This document shows, one piece after another, positions 13,705 to 27,250 of a stretch of 64,000 nt of DNA. The DNA lies in assembly GCF_036321535.1 (NCBI RefSeq), contig NC_087436.1, positions 57,104,001 to 57,168,000 of the forward strand, given 5' to 3'. The translations under genes and the position numbers were made by a program. Each line of letters opens with the position of its first letter. Within the stretch, counting starts at the first letter, position 1. The stretch comes from Camelus dromedarius. Its lineage: Eukaryota. Below the pieces are notes generated by a model. The model did no database searches, was not told the DNA's origin, and worked only from the letters and a program-made list of their open reading frames with translations.

Positions 13705-15140
13705 ACAACATTCCTCAAACTCAGGACCTCCTTTACTCTTAAAAAATGAGGGCCCTGAAGAGTTCTGCTTATGTAGATTTTGTCTATGATATTTATATTA
13801 GAAAACAGAAACTAAAAAAAAGTTTAAATATTTATTTATTAAACAAAGTCTTTACATATTAACATACTTTATGAAAACTATATCCCCTCCTTCCCGTACC
13901 CCCCAAATTCAGTGAGAAGAGTTGCATTGTTTTACATCTGTGAAAATCTCTAGTTTAATAGAAGACAGCTAGATTCTCATGTCTGTGCAATTAATCTGTT
14001 TGCAGTATATTGCTTTTGTTTTGTAGTATATTATTTAGGTTTATGAGGAAAATCATGCCTGATCATAGTTAAACAGTTAGGGGAGGGAGAAATATTTTCA
14101 TAGCCTTTTTACGTGACTGTTGTTATTCTGTGATACTAAATCCATATTTGACAGATGGTAGTTTTTCTAAAGGTTGCTGCAATGTGGAATCTGAAACAAC
14201 ATTAATAAACTTTCACATTGTTTCATTGAAACCCACTGGTCTATCTCGTACTTTAATAGGTCTTTAACCCATGCATTTTTTTTTTTTTTAGTATGTGTGC
14301 ACTGGTCTTTTGGAAAATACTGGTTCATTGAATGATTAATGCAGATCTTCTAAATGTTGACAAGTCATGATATTTTATTTTAAAAATTATTTTCATTAAT
14401 CTCACCACTGGTTCTAAATATCTAGAGATTGTCAAACTCACAGCTGTGGATATATTTTCCAAAACTTTTTCTTTGAAACTGGAATTTTATCACTTGCAAT
14501 AAATGCTGTCAGTTGTCTTCCTTGATACCAGTTCATTTTTGAGAAAATATCTGCTAAATACCTAAATCTGCATAAATGTAGTTTGCTGGTCATTCATTCT
14601 TTCAAGTAAAAATGGTGTTCTGTAAAAGAATGACAAGCTGAGATCACAATTCAAAGCAACTCCTCAAATGCTTTCTCTTGAGACAACTACTGTACCTTGG
14701 TACACAGCAGAGGGTAGTTCACATTTTGTTTCAAAAGATATTAAGTGAAGTCAGACAGAGAAAGTCAAATACCATATGGTATCAATTATAGGTGGAATTT
14801 TAAAAAATGACACAAATGAATTTATTTACAAAATAGAAATAGACTCACAGATACAGAAAACAAACTTATGGTTACCAAAGGGAAAAGATGGGGAGAGATA
14901 AATCAGGAGTTTGAGATTTACAGATACTAGCTACTATATATAAAGTAGGTAAACAAGGTCCTACTGTACGGCACCGGGAATACGAAAAAGAATACATATG
15001 CATAACTGAACACTATGCTGTGCACCTGAAACTGATACAACACTGTAAAAAAAAAAAAAACCAAGTAATGTTTTAACATTATTATGAAATAGTTTTGATC
15101 CTAGGGACCGCTAAGGTTCACAGATCACACTTTAAAGACT
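13705..15140 (+). mobile_element. Charlie1-type hAT element, interrupted by an L1 3' end
   Basis: Start ctcaaactcaggacctcctttactcttaaaaa and end atgaaatagttttga...cagatcacacttt match recalled Charlie1a/b termini. Confidence 0.75.
14742..15060 (+). mobile_element. Artiodactyl-type L1 3' end with poly(A)
   Basis: agacagagaaagtcaaataccatatg...aaacttatggttaccaaaggg...caacactgt followed by A14. Confidence 0.85.
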
Positions 15141-17320
15141 AACAGAATATAATAAGAGCTTGTTTATATAAAATACCAACTTTCCAATATAGTCAATAAT
15201 CTAGAATTAGAATAGTGCTCAAATGCTTAGATTTATTTATTTGAACTATTTTTGGAAGTAAACAACAAAAAATAATAAGAGTCAATAGCCAAAAAGATAT
15301 TCCTGATGCAATGATGCTTTCTGATTCAAAGCAAACACTTTCAAGCAGCAGCACAAAGGAGAAAGAAGAAAGCAAAAAAGCAAAATATTAAAATGAAGGG
15401 AAGAATGGTGAAAAGCAGAAACAATTATAAAAACACTGGCTACTATTAATTCTGACATTTGCTGAATGCCTTCTCTTTTTAAGGTACTGTACCAGGAGGT
15501 AGAGGATATTAAAGAAAGAAAGAAAAAAAAAAGGCAAATTATAGTTCTACTTGCCCTAAAGAAACTAACAATAGGAGCTAAATAGCCATGTGCATAAGTA
15601 GCTAAATGAGTCATAATTTGTGCCATGAGAGCGGAATAAACAAAATACAAAATAAAGAAACATGAGGGGAAACAGCTGGTCTTTCCATATAAAAACAGTA
15701 AAAAAAATTCTATGTTTTAGAGGCAGAAGATGATTATCTCATTACCAAAGGCAATTGGAACCTACATTATTAGCCTATGTAAGAAGATCACAAGTTTCCA
15801 CACAGTCATTCCAAATGAAATTCCCCAACAGTAGCATGTATGAAAAGATAAATCTTATATCTCAAATTTTCCGGTATGCTTTTACCCAGTCTCATATCTA
15901 AGTCTACCATGAAACAAAAGAAGCATTTAAACCTGCCACTGAGTCTACCTTTCCAAGTGGTCCAAGATCGAGGACCACTCAAAAAACAAACAAACAAAAT
16001 CACTACTAGGAGACCATGATTTCACACAGAAATAGTCTAAATCAATTTGATAATCCACAAATAAAGGTGATCTCCCAAAGAAGAATGAAAACACATAAAT
16101 CTTCATACCTGTTCTGCAGACTTATGTAAGTGTGCCCTTTTTGATATTCTAATTGTATATTGCTCTACATGGTTCAATTCTCAAACATGGCAACTGACTT
16201 TCAAGAGGCAGTTCCTTTGAATACCTAGTAAAACACATCATATATTGTCCCTTTGAATGGTTTACTGCCAAAACTATAGATTATAAAATCTGGACAGTCT
16301 TAATTTGAACGTCACAATAGATAGGGAAATACCTTTAATATCTTAGATAAATCGAAGTATCTCTGAGAAAAGCTCTAGAAAGAAGACGAAGAATGCACTG
16401 AATACAAAACTTAAGAGTAGTTTCCAACACATTATTCTAAGATAAAGTAAAATGAAACATTTCAGGTTTAATCCTGAAATCAAAAGGAAAATGCAAAAAA
16501 TGGAAAGGAAAAGAAAGTCATGCTATTAATAATGCACAAAGCCAAAGTGTTAAGCCTGAAAGTTACTTTTTAATAACAGAATTTATATCTACAATAAAAA
16601 TGTAACTGACATGTGCAAATGCATTCTAATTATGAAATGCATAAACACTGCAGGATATATAGAGTGAAAAGTCAACAGAGACAAATATGAGGCTTTAACT
16701 CTCTTGTCTACTTAACAGAAAAGAGAACAGAAAAATAATTAAGATACAGAAAGGTGCTCTTCAAACATTTGTGACTGGAACTCACTGTAAGAGACACATT
16801 AGACTTATGACCCTAAGCACAGACTGCTAGATAGATATATATATAACTGGAAAAAAGGTCTAAGATGGTTTACTGTGACACTTTGATAATCTTTTATTTA
16901 TTCTATTCCAATTAAAAAAAAGTTATATGCATGTAGTCAGGATCCAAGAAATTGACTTATGATGCATTTGTTATCCACTTTGAAAAAAATGGTATAAATA
17001 ATAACTCATTATTATTTGACATATAATTAAATCTATACTTAGACTATGTCTTTTTTTCAAGTACTCTTAGAACTTTTACAAAAATTGCGTAGTAGGACAA
17101 AAAGAAAATTTCAGTAAATAAATAAAAAGAAGAAATTCTACAGACCACATTCCCTGGTCACAAAAAGTGAAATTAGAAGTAAATGTTAATAAAAACATCA
17201 AAGAAAAATTTCAGTCACTTGGAAATTAAAAAAAAAAAAAAAAGAAGAAAAACCAAAGAAATGACTTCTTTAAACTTTCAGGTTAAAGAAGAAAAAAACA
17301 AAACACTAAAATCTACAATA

Positions 17321-19651
17321 AAGGTATATCTTGTTTATTGTGCTTTGCAGATACTGTGTTTTTTACACACTGAAGGTTGGTGGCAACCCCGTGTTCAGCA
17401 AGACTACCGACACCATTTTTCCAACAGCATCTGCTCACTTCATGTGTTTGTGTCACATTTTGGTAGTAATGCTTACAATGTTTCAAACTTTTCCATTATT
17501 GTGATATTTCTTACGGTGATCAGTGATCTTTGATGTTACTACTGTCACTGTTTTAGGGTGCTACCAACAGCATCCATGTAAGACGGCAAACTTTATTGAT
17601 AAATGTTATGTGTGTTCTGACTACTTGACGGACTGCCAGCTAGTTCCCCCTCCTCCTCTCTTCCGGCCTCCCTACTCCCTAAAACATAACAATAAATTAG
17701 GCCAATTAATTACCTTCAATGGCTCCTAAGTATTCAAGTGAAAGGAAGAGTTGTACATCCCTCACTTTAAATCAAAAGGTGGAAATGATTAAGGCTAGTG
17801 AGAAGGCACACCTAAAGCCAACAAGGCTGAAAGCCAGGCCTCTTGCACCAGTTGGCCAAGTCACGAATGCAAACAAAAAGTTCTTGAAGGAAACTGAAAG
17901 TTCTACTCCAGTGAACACACGAATAAGAAACAAAACAACCTTATTGAAAATATGGAGAAAGTTTTTCTGGTTTGGATAAAAGATCAAACAAGGCACAGCA
18001 TTCCCTTAAGCCAAAGCCTAATCCAGAGCAAGGCCCTAACTCTCCTCAATTCTATGAAGGCTCAGAGAGGTGAGGACGCTATAGAAGAAAAGTGTGAAAC
18101 TAGCAGAAGTTGGCTCATGAGGTTGAAGGAAAGAAGGCATCTTCATAATGTAAAAGTGTAAGTTGAAGCAGCAAATGCTGATGTAGAAGCTGAAAGACCC
18201 AGCTAAGATCATTAATGAAAGTGGCTATACTAAACAAGAGATTTTGAATGTAGACCAAACAGCCTTCTATTGGAAGAAGGTATCATTTAGGGCTCCCACA
18301 ACGAGAGAGGAGAAGTCAATGCCTGGCCTCAAAGGACAGGCTGACTCTCCTGTCAGGGGCTAATGCAGCTGGTGACTTTAAGCTGAAACTAATGCTCATT
18401 TACCATTCTAAAAATCCTAGGGCCCTTAAGAATTATGCTAAATCTACTCTGCTTATGCTCTGTAAGTGGAACAAAGCCTGATTGACAGCACATCTGTTTA
18501 TAACATCACTTACTGAATATTTTAAACCCACTGTTGAGACCTACTGCTCAGGAAGATTCCTTTCAAGATATTCTCAATGACAATGCACCTGGTCACTCAA
18601 GAGCTCTGATACAGATATGCAATGAGATTAATGTTTTCATGGCTGCTAACACAACATCCATTCTGCAGCCCATGGATCAAGGAACATTTCCAACCTTCAA
18701 GTCCTACCACTTAAGATATACTTTTCATAAGGCTATAGCTGTCATCAATAGTGATTCCTCTGATGGATCTGGGCAAAGTCTATTGAAAATCTTCTGAAAG
18801 GATTCACCATTCTGGATGCCCTTAAGAACACTCATGATTCATAAGAGGTCAAAATATCAACATTAAGAGGAGTTTGGAAAAAGCTGACTCCAACCCTCAT
18901 GGATGACTATGAGGGGTTCCAGATTTCAGTGGAAGAATGAACTGCAGATGTGGTGGAAACAGCAGACAACTAGAATTAGGAATAGAGCCTGAAGATGTGA
19001 CTGAATTGTTGCAATCTCATGATAAACCTTTAACTAATGAGGAGCTGTTTCTTATGGATGAGCAAAGAAAGGAGATCCCTGACATGATATTTACTCCTGG
19101 TGAAGACAGTGTGAAGCCTGCCGAAATAACACAGGATTTAGCATACTATATAAAACTTAGTTGATAAAGCAGTGACAGGATTTGAGAGGATAACTCCAAT
19201 TCTGAAAGAAGTTCTGCTGTGAATAAAATGTTATCAAATAGCATCACATTTACAGAGAAATTTTTTGTGAAAGGAAGAGTCAACTGATGTAGCAAACTTC
19301 ACTGTTTTCGTATTTTAAGAAATTGGCACAATCACCCCCACCCTCAACAACCACCACCCCATCAGTAAGCAGCCATCAACATCAAGGCAAGACCCTCCAC
19401 CAGTAAAAAGATTACAACTCACTGAAGGCTCAGAAGATGGTTAGCATTTTTAAGCAATAAAGTATTCTTTAAATTAATGTATGCACATTTTTTAGACATA
19501 ATGCTATTGCACACTTAACAGACTATAGTGTAGTATAAACATAACTTTTACGCACAGTGGGAAACCAAAAAATCCACGACTTGCTTTACTGCAATACTTG
19601 CTTTATTGCGGTGGTCTGAACCAAACCCGCGCTATCTCTGAGGTATGCCTG
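17321..19651 (+). mobile_element. Near full-length Tigger1 DNA transposon with disrupted transposase
   Basis: TA flanks at 17319-20 and 19652-53; right TIR gaggtatgcctg. ORF pieces [47 protein letters not shown] and [18 protein letters not shown] are Tigger1/pogo transposase segments split by frameshifts and stops. Confidence 0.95.
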
Positions 19652-22619
19652 TAATGATGACATTTCGAACATAAGAAAAAGGATCCATCAATAAATGGTT
19701 TTGGGATAAGTGACTAGTAAATGACAAACAATGAGTGAAGGAGGAAAATGGTACCACCCTTTCTTTAGTCTTTGTAACAAAATTAATTCTATACTTTATA
19801 TTATGACAACTGAGCACTAACCCTTTTACTAAGTACTAACACTAGCAGACATTAAGGAACCAGAATTTCTAATCAAAGGTACAGCAATGATTCACATTTT
19901 GGCCACCCACACTTAAAAAGGAATGAGTATCACCTGACAGTTACAGAATCATGACGTTAAAATGATACATTTGGCTTCATCATTCAAAGGATTTTACCCA
20001 TTTTGCTGTCTGCAAGGACTTCAGGGAACATCTAGACAAAGGACATGAAGTCCAAAAACGCTGACATCTTAATCAAGACCAAGATCATACAATCCATATG
20101 TGGCAGAGCAGTGCTCTCTGGTAATCTTTTTGATAACTGGTATAATTAAAATTTTGTTCTCACTTATTAACAAGTTACTTTTGACATTACGAACATACTG
20201 AAATGGAAATGACTTTAGAAAACGCCATCTAATTTTATCAGAGAAATTCATCAAGCATATACTAAAACATTCCCCCATTCCAACTTCAAAATAATCTCTG
20301 AACCCATCTATTTTTATCTTTCACTCCTCCTCCCCTGGGTAAAATGTGCCTTTATTCCTTTTCAAAGTTAAACAATCCCATCCCCTTAATGCCTCTTTTC
20401 AAATACCTGCTCCCCCCACCCCATCCTTTTCCTCTCCACTAGTTTCTTCCCCTTGGCCAACAAATATGCTCAATTTTCAATATTCCTCAAACATCTTTTC
20501 TTGACATTGCTTCTCCGTCAAGCTGCTTCTCTCTTTCCTTTCTTGGAAGAGAAGTCTTCACCTTCTTAGCTTTCTACTGAAACTGCTAAAGGTCAACAGG
20601 AACTTTAATTTCCAAGGAAAGTGGTCTCTGATCAGTTCCCATCCAACTTGACTTCTCTGCAACATCTGATATTGTTCACACCAACCTGGAAACTCTCTCC
20701 TCTTTCTTTAGCTTCTGGGCATTATCATTCTCTGTCTATTTCAGTCATCCTTTATATCTTTCATTGGTTTCCCTTCCTTTGTTCATCATTAAATGTTGAT
20801 GTTTCTTACTATATACCTTGCTTAGGACATTTTTTTGATAACTTACTACAAGCATGACTCCAAAGTTGATTTTCCAGGTTCTGACCTGAGCAGCTCTTCG
20901 AGCTCCAGAATCCAATGCTCAACCCTCTAATAGACCTTGCTACGGAAATATGAGTGAAAACTCAAATTCAACGTGTTTTGGTATCTTCCTCCAAATCCTA
21001 CTGCCTAATTACGTTGACAGAGCCAATCACTCATATCCAAGGAAAGTTACCTTCAAATCCTCCACCTTTAACTGATCATCAAATACACAACATATAAAAC
21101 TTCCTTAAACTGCTTCCTCTGCCATCCCTAATGTCATTTCCCTACATTTAGGCTTCAATTATTGCAACAGCTTCATCAATGTTTTTCCCATACTAAAATG
21201 CTCCATATCATGTACCAAATAAAGTCCATCCTCCCTGGCATAGCATACAAAGAAAGGGCCCTTACAACCCAGCAGTTTTTGTTTCTAAATCTTTCCAGCT
21301 TCATCTAAACTGCCCTACACCTCCTCTTCCATAGATAACCTCACCTATTCCACACACATACCACACTCCACGGCAACATATATTTTCATCCCTTATTCAC
21401 TGAATAAGCAATGATTCACTGTTTAGGGTCCACTCAAAGTCACCCTCTCTATGACTTTTCCTGATCCTCTGCAGGAAGAAGGGATAACTGAATCATTGTG
21501 AATTAGACTGTGGTCTTATACTGTTTAGTATCTTCCCTTATTATGAGTTATCTCATTGTGATACTTTAACTATATATATATATTTATATGTCTTTTCCTC
21601 TTGGTGCTCCTTGAGGATCAGGCTTAGCTTAATTTTTTATTCTTTATGCATAAAACATAGTAGGTTCTCTCCTCTCAAACTCATTTGCCATTGCTTTATT
21701 CCCTCTAAACCTGCTATGCTCCAAGAAAAGTAAAAGAAGAAAAGACAAATAAAGTGTAAGTAATAACTACTGATAACTCTGGGCATTGAGATAGTAGAAT
21801 AAACCTAGGCAGGAGAGGTGCCCACAGGTTACATGTATGCCCTCAGATCCAAAGGTGGGATTCAGGAAGCCTGCCTTGTATCAAAAGTAGTTTCAAGTAT
21901 CCATGGCTAAACAATGACTGACAGCTATGTAACCATTTCAAGATCATATAGTAGAGGAGGGACATTAAAAAAAAAATGTACAAAGTACTAATATCACCTA
22001 ATTATCATCCAATACTCCTCTTTCAACACATACTTCCTGAGGACCTACTATACAGCAGTCACTGTTTTGAGCAATGGGGAAGGATAGGTGAACAAGGTCT
22101 CTGCTCTCACACATCTTACATTCTAATAAGGGAGACACAAATATATAATGTAATGTTAGATGGTGACAAGATACTATACAAAAAAATACAGTAGAGTAAA
22201 AGGGAGGGAGTTGCTACTTCGGAGACACTGGTCAAGAAATGGCCTTCTACAAAAGATAACACTTCACTAAACTCTAATGAAACAAAGCCTAGTCATATGC
22301 AGATATCAACAGAAAAGCATCTTAGAGGCATAAGGAAGAGCAAATGAGAAGAAGGAAAAGACTGAATGATGTTTGACATATTCAAGGAACACTGTGTTTG
22401 TGGCACAGTAACTAAAGGAGAGTGGTAGGAAATAAAATCTTGTATTAGGCAAAAAACAGAATTAGCAGAAAAAGAGTGATTATAGGTAACTTTACCTATA
22501 TACAATTTGTCCTATAAACTGACTTAGACCCTAAAACTACTGTAAATAAAACAAATATTGCATCATCCCAAATAATAACAAAATAAGTTACCAGTTGATG
22601 ATAAAGAAAGTAAGGTCAG

Positions 22620-22781
22620 GGTATAGCTCAGTGGTAGAGTGCATGCCTAGCATGAATGAATCCTGCGTTCAATCCCCAATATCTACATTAAATAAATAAG
22701 TAATCAACCTAATTACCTCCCTCCCACAACAAAAACAAAAACAAAATTTTAAAAAGGATCAGATTTCCTCTAAAAAAAAAA
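22620..22781 (+). mobile_element. tRNA-derived SINE (camelid vic-1-like)
   Basis: A box tagctcagtgg, B box gttcaatccc, shared acctaattacctccc tail motif. TSD aaggtcag at 22612-22619 and 22782-22789. Confidence 0.85.
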
Positions 22782-24344
22782 AAGGTCAGTATTCATAGCC
22801 CACTGATGATTTCCCAATATATCTGGTCTAATCTTAATTCCAACTTCATTGTCTTGTCCTCTCCCCAAGGTCCAGTGCTCAATTCAGCACCCCCTCTCCC
22901 CCATGCCAAGTTGCTTTTAGTCTAGTTAAAAGGCATGCAGGACCTTTGATCTCATTTGAATTTTTAAAGGCATGCCCAATGTCTTACAGTGGGTACTTAA
23001 TACCTATTCTGATGTACAAAGCTATCTTTTATTCCCCAATTACTTTAGCTAAAATTATTAGCATTCATTTTATCTCATTCGCAAGGATCTAGTTGTAAAA
23101 TCTCTCCCTTTCTTATTTCGGAATCTCTCATCTCTCCTCCTCTCTTTGTACAGCCATCATTAAGTGTGGATTATAAGTGGTTCCTAAATGATTTCTCTCC
23201 CATCAAACCCTACCCTGTAACAATGTATAGTACTCATGACTGTTAGACTGACTGTTTTTACAAAACAAGTTTCTTTCATCACTTTACCCTTTTAGCCTTT
23301 AATGGACCCCAAGTACCTATATTGTAAAGTCTAAACTTAGCCTTAATTTTTAAGAGTCTCAAAAATCCACAGTATCAATTACAATAATCTTTTCTGAAAA
23401 CAAAGCTCTCTACTCCTAGTAGGATGAATCCTCACCACTCCCAGAACAAACTTGATTTTCCTATTTCCCAAGTGTCCTCAAAACTGACCATGTGATTCCT
23501 AAAGGCAATCTCAGTTTCTAAGAGGAATTAATGTATGAAAAGTCCCAATAAACAGAAAAGGAGTGAAGTCTCCCCAGACAGGAAAAAAAATGTAAAGCAG
23601 AAGAAACACTTTCTGATTAGAAAAGGCAATTAAGAATTCCACATTACTAATAGTGACAAATAACTAAGACATTTCATTGATTTCCAGTTTATGAAGTGCT
23701 TTTATTTTAAAGATTAAAAAATTGTGGATCTCAGATAATCTAAAAGTCTTGTCCAACATCCCATTTAACTAAAATGAAGCAGAGGCTTATAAAGACTCAA
23801 AATTCCATGCCTATACCCTGACCTTCCCTGCCCTCCCCAACTACGTAGGAAACAGATTAAAATATTTACTGTTAAAACCTTAAAGTACCCGGATGTCTAG
23901 ACATTAACTACAGCACATTATGCAAATCAAGTATCTGTTGAAACAGTGCATACAGGGATGTCACTCCAGTGCTTAAATCCTTCAGTGGTTTGAAATCAGG
24001 TTGAGTTCAGAAGTCTTCAGATAAGCAAAGCCTTTCAAAATTTGACTAATTACCACTTAATCCAGCCTACCAAGTATTTTAAAATGTTATTCTAGGTAAC
24101 TTGCAGGAACTCTGCCCTCACTTGTTACATTTAAGTAGAAGAATAGCAAACAAAATGGAGATATTAAGAGAGAAGATATATATTACCAATTTAGTCAGGG
24201 TCACAGTAATTTAAAAGCTGCTTATGAAATACTGAGTTTTGCATTAAAAAATGGTATTACTGAAATAAACATTAAAATAAAGCTTCTAATATCCCTTTCA
24301 CTCTTCATAAGAAATTGTATAATGTAAAACTTTTAGTTTATGCT

Positions 24345-24535
24345 CAGGAATTAGACTGTTTGGATTTGAACTCTGGTTCTACCAACTTCCTAACAACTTA
24401 ACCTCCATGGGTCTCATTTCTGCAAAATGTAGATAATAATATCTTGGAAGGACTGCTATGTAAATTAAGTGAGAGAATGTGAAGCACTCAGCACTATGCC
24501 TAAAACACAGTAATAGTTCAAATATATTCTAATTG
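24345..24535. mobile_element. MIR SINE
   Basis: ggatttgaactctggttctacc...ctgcaaaatgtagataataat...aagcactcagcactatgcct. Confidence 0.65.
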
Positions 24536-25101
24536 TTAACTGTCCAAAAAACATAGATTAAAATGGGAATGCTGATTTTTGGCCTGGCAAATTCTATTTT
24601 CCCTGACAATTTGCTGAGGAGGTTAAAAATGGTTGATTCACCATGAAGAATACCGATTATTCATTTGCACTTTAAAGATCTCCAGGAAGTCAGGTGACTG
24701 GAAAAATCTGAATGTGATCTGCTCTTCATTTGTTCGTAGAGGATGACTTCAGGTACTCTGCATAAAGTCTACCTCACAGAAGATGATCAATATTTTTTGG
24801 AGGAATACTGGAATGAATGTAAACGTCTGGCAGCAACAGACTCAAAGTCTATCACAGGACTGAATCACCTAGATTTTCCAGTAGCAACCATTCTGACCTA
24901 AATTCTGATTTTAGTTTCCATCATTGGGCCAGATTCTAAGAACTCATATAAAAGTGAAACAACTATGGATGGATCCTCAGTTCGAGGTACATGGTGCCTA
25001 TCGCAGTCCCAAAGCTATATTTAAAAGGGCATAGCGAAGGACAATGCATCAGTACACACAGCATCAAGAACAAAAATTAGAATCTCTCCCTCTTGATGCT
25101 A

Positions 25102-25353
<252 letters not shown>

Positions 25354-25643
25354 TTAACTGAACTAATCTGCAGGTAGAAAATAAAGAGAAAAAGAGGCCA
25401 TGAAAACAACGTAAAATACAAAGCCACAGCAGTTCATTCCCAAGGCAATTAAGAGCCCGCAAACATGCCAGTGGCTCGGGATGGCTATTATGGCTGCGCC
25501 TCATTGTTAGGCCACAACAAACAGAAGGTGGACAGGGGTTATCTTTTCAAAATTTTCCATTGCTCTTTTTACTCCCCTTCGTACCCCCTCCCTGCCCCTC
25601 CTTCCTCGAACCACACGCTGACCCTCGTGCAACCTCCTCTTAC

Positions 25644-25850
25644 CCCAGCACGCGCAGGCACGTTCCCCACGCTAACCCCCCGGCGGGCCGCGCGCCCGCC
25701 CACAGTGAGAGGCTCCCTGCACTACGATGCTCCCTGCCTCGGGAAAGGACGTGCCAGGGCCCGTGCCTCGACACTGCAGGGACACAAAGGGGCCAAAGGA
25801 GGGGAGCGGCGGAGGCTGTGCTGGCGGGCACCCGCCCGGAAGTTGACGCG
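25644..25850 (-). other. SMARCAD1: Candidate non-coding first exon, proximal (1b); 5' boundary approximate
   Basis: Donor GGG|gtaaga at 25643 on the minus strand, downstream of the ETS motif near 25840. Confidence 0.6.
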
Positions 25851-25977
25851 GCGCGATCCCAGCTGAGAGGAAGCTGATAGGATCAAGAAAACACGGGGAA
25901 GGTTCAGAAGGAAGAGCGTGTAGCGGCATCTCTTTTAATGCTCGCTCGCTTTCTGTTATTCTTCTCTCAGTACTTAC

Positions 25978-26110
25978 AGTCTTGCAGCCTCGGTGCGATG
26001 TAACAAAGGTTGGGAAAAAAAAAAAAATTCCTGGCGTGGAGCGACGGTAGCCGGGCCGGGACCTTCTAAAACAGCACGGAGAAGCCCGATGTGCGCGTAG
26101 TGATGACGCA
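25978..26110 (-). other. SMARCAD1: Candidate non-coding first exon, distal (1a); 5' boundary approximate
   Basis: Donor ACT|gtaagt at 25977 on the minus strand, in the second CpG cluster. No ATG in the putative exon. Confidence 0.55.
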
Positions 26111-27250
26111 ACACGCAGCCTAGGCTTTTCGCTTCCCCAGCGACGTGCGAGTGGAAAAAGTCTAGGCGCGCGCTGTTGTCATGGTAACCCGTACCCGCCT
26201 CTTTGCCTTGGAAGCGCGCTTGTGGCCTGTTTCTCCAGGTTAGGCACAAAGTTGTTAAATAGAACAATGGTAAATAGCACAATGACGATAAGTAGCATAA
26301 TAAGAATATTTAATATAATATTTTCTATATTATAATCTGTAATATTTACATAATGTGTAGACAGTGTAACAATATCGTTCTGAATGTTTTATGTGTCTTG
26401 TCAACCCTGTTTTTACAAAAGAAGGAAACCGAGGCCTGCAGATGTTAAGTAGTTAACTGGTAAGGAAGGAAAAAACCCCGGGATGTTGAATTTCAAAGCA
26501 TCTGAACTGCTTTCCCACTGTTGGCTGGGTTGCACCTAGAGTAGAATGACAATTCACATATCTTGATAAAACTGTCACCCTATGAATATTTACTCTCTTT
26601 GTCTAACGACTAAACAGGCAATTTTCTGAGTTGTAATTTGATCATCTGGTTGGCATTTCTCTTAGAGAAGAATTACTATTAATCATTATTCTGCCAAATA
26701 CATTTTGGTCATGGTAAACTTAAATTGGCATTCTGTTTTATAAATCAGTGTTTTGAATTGTATGACAGGAGTTCACAGTTTTTTCAAATGTGGGCACATC
26801 TATAAAATTAAGTATCTGGGCCCATAAAATTCAGGATCAAAGGCTACACAATTGGGATTTCCATTGTACCTATTTTTGTTATCCTATGGAATGCCCTAGA
26901 TTTATGCATGCATGTTAAATGATGTGATCAAAGGATGCATCAACTTATAAACAGTTAATTATTTTTGGTTATGAGAAATATTTGCTTCAAGATCTAAGCA
27001 TTATAAATACAACTAACAGAATGTAAAAATAAAATATATTCTATCATCCTATTTTGAAAGTGACCTGGAAAGCCAGATTGAGTTTAGAATTCCTATATGT
27101 CAGACAGAATGTGGGTGATTCAAAGAACATTGGTTGGCACATGTATCCTGCCTCCCCTATGTCATTTCCTCCCCCTTAGTTTGATACCATTAGGCACTTT
27201 GTGATCATGCAAATGGATATCCAGCTCAAATGACCAAGTCTGACCCTACC

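Larger units (their letters stand above)
25600..26230. promoter_or_regulatory. SMARCAD1: CpG island / SMARCAD1 promoter
   Basis: Sharp GC- and CpG-rich block in AT-rich DNA, just 5' of the ATG exon. Contains ETS/GABP motif CCGGAAGT (25836-25843), CRE half-sites TGACG (25844, 26104) and X-box GTTGTCATGGTAAC (26175-26188). Confidence 0.9.

Noticed and set aside
17719..19164. Possible domesticated Tigger transposase gene (TIGD1-like)
   Set aside because: The reading frame is broken into at least four pieces by frameshifts and stops.
25465..26282. Several 60-130 aa ORFs over the CpG island
   Set aside because: Expected from stop-codon scarcity in GC-rich promoter DNA; low-complexity Pro/Arg/Ala content and no recognisable domain.
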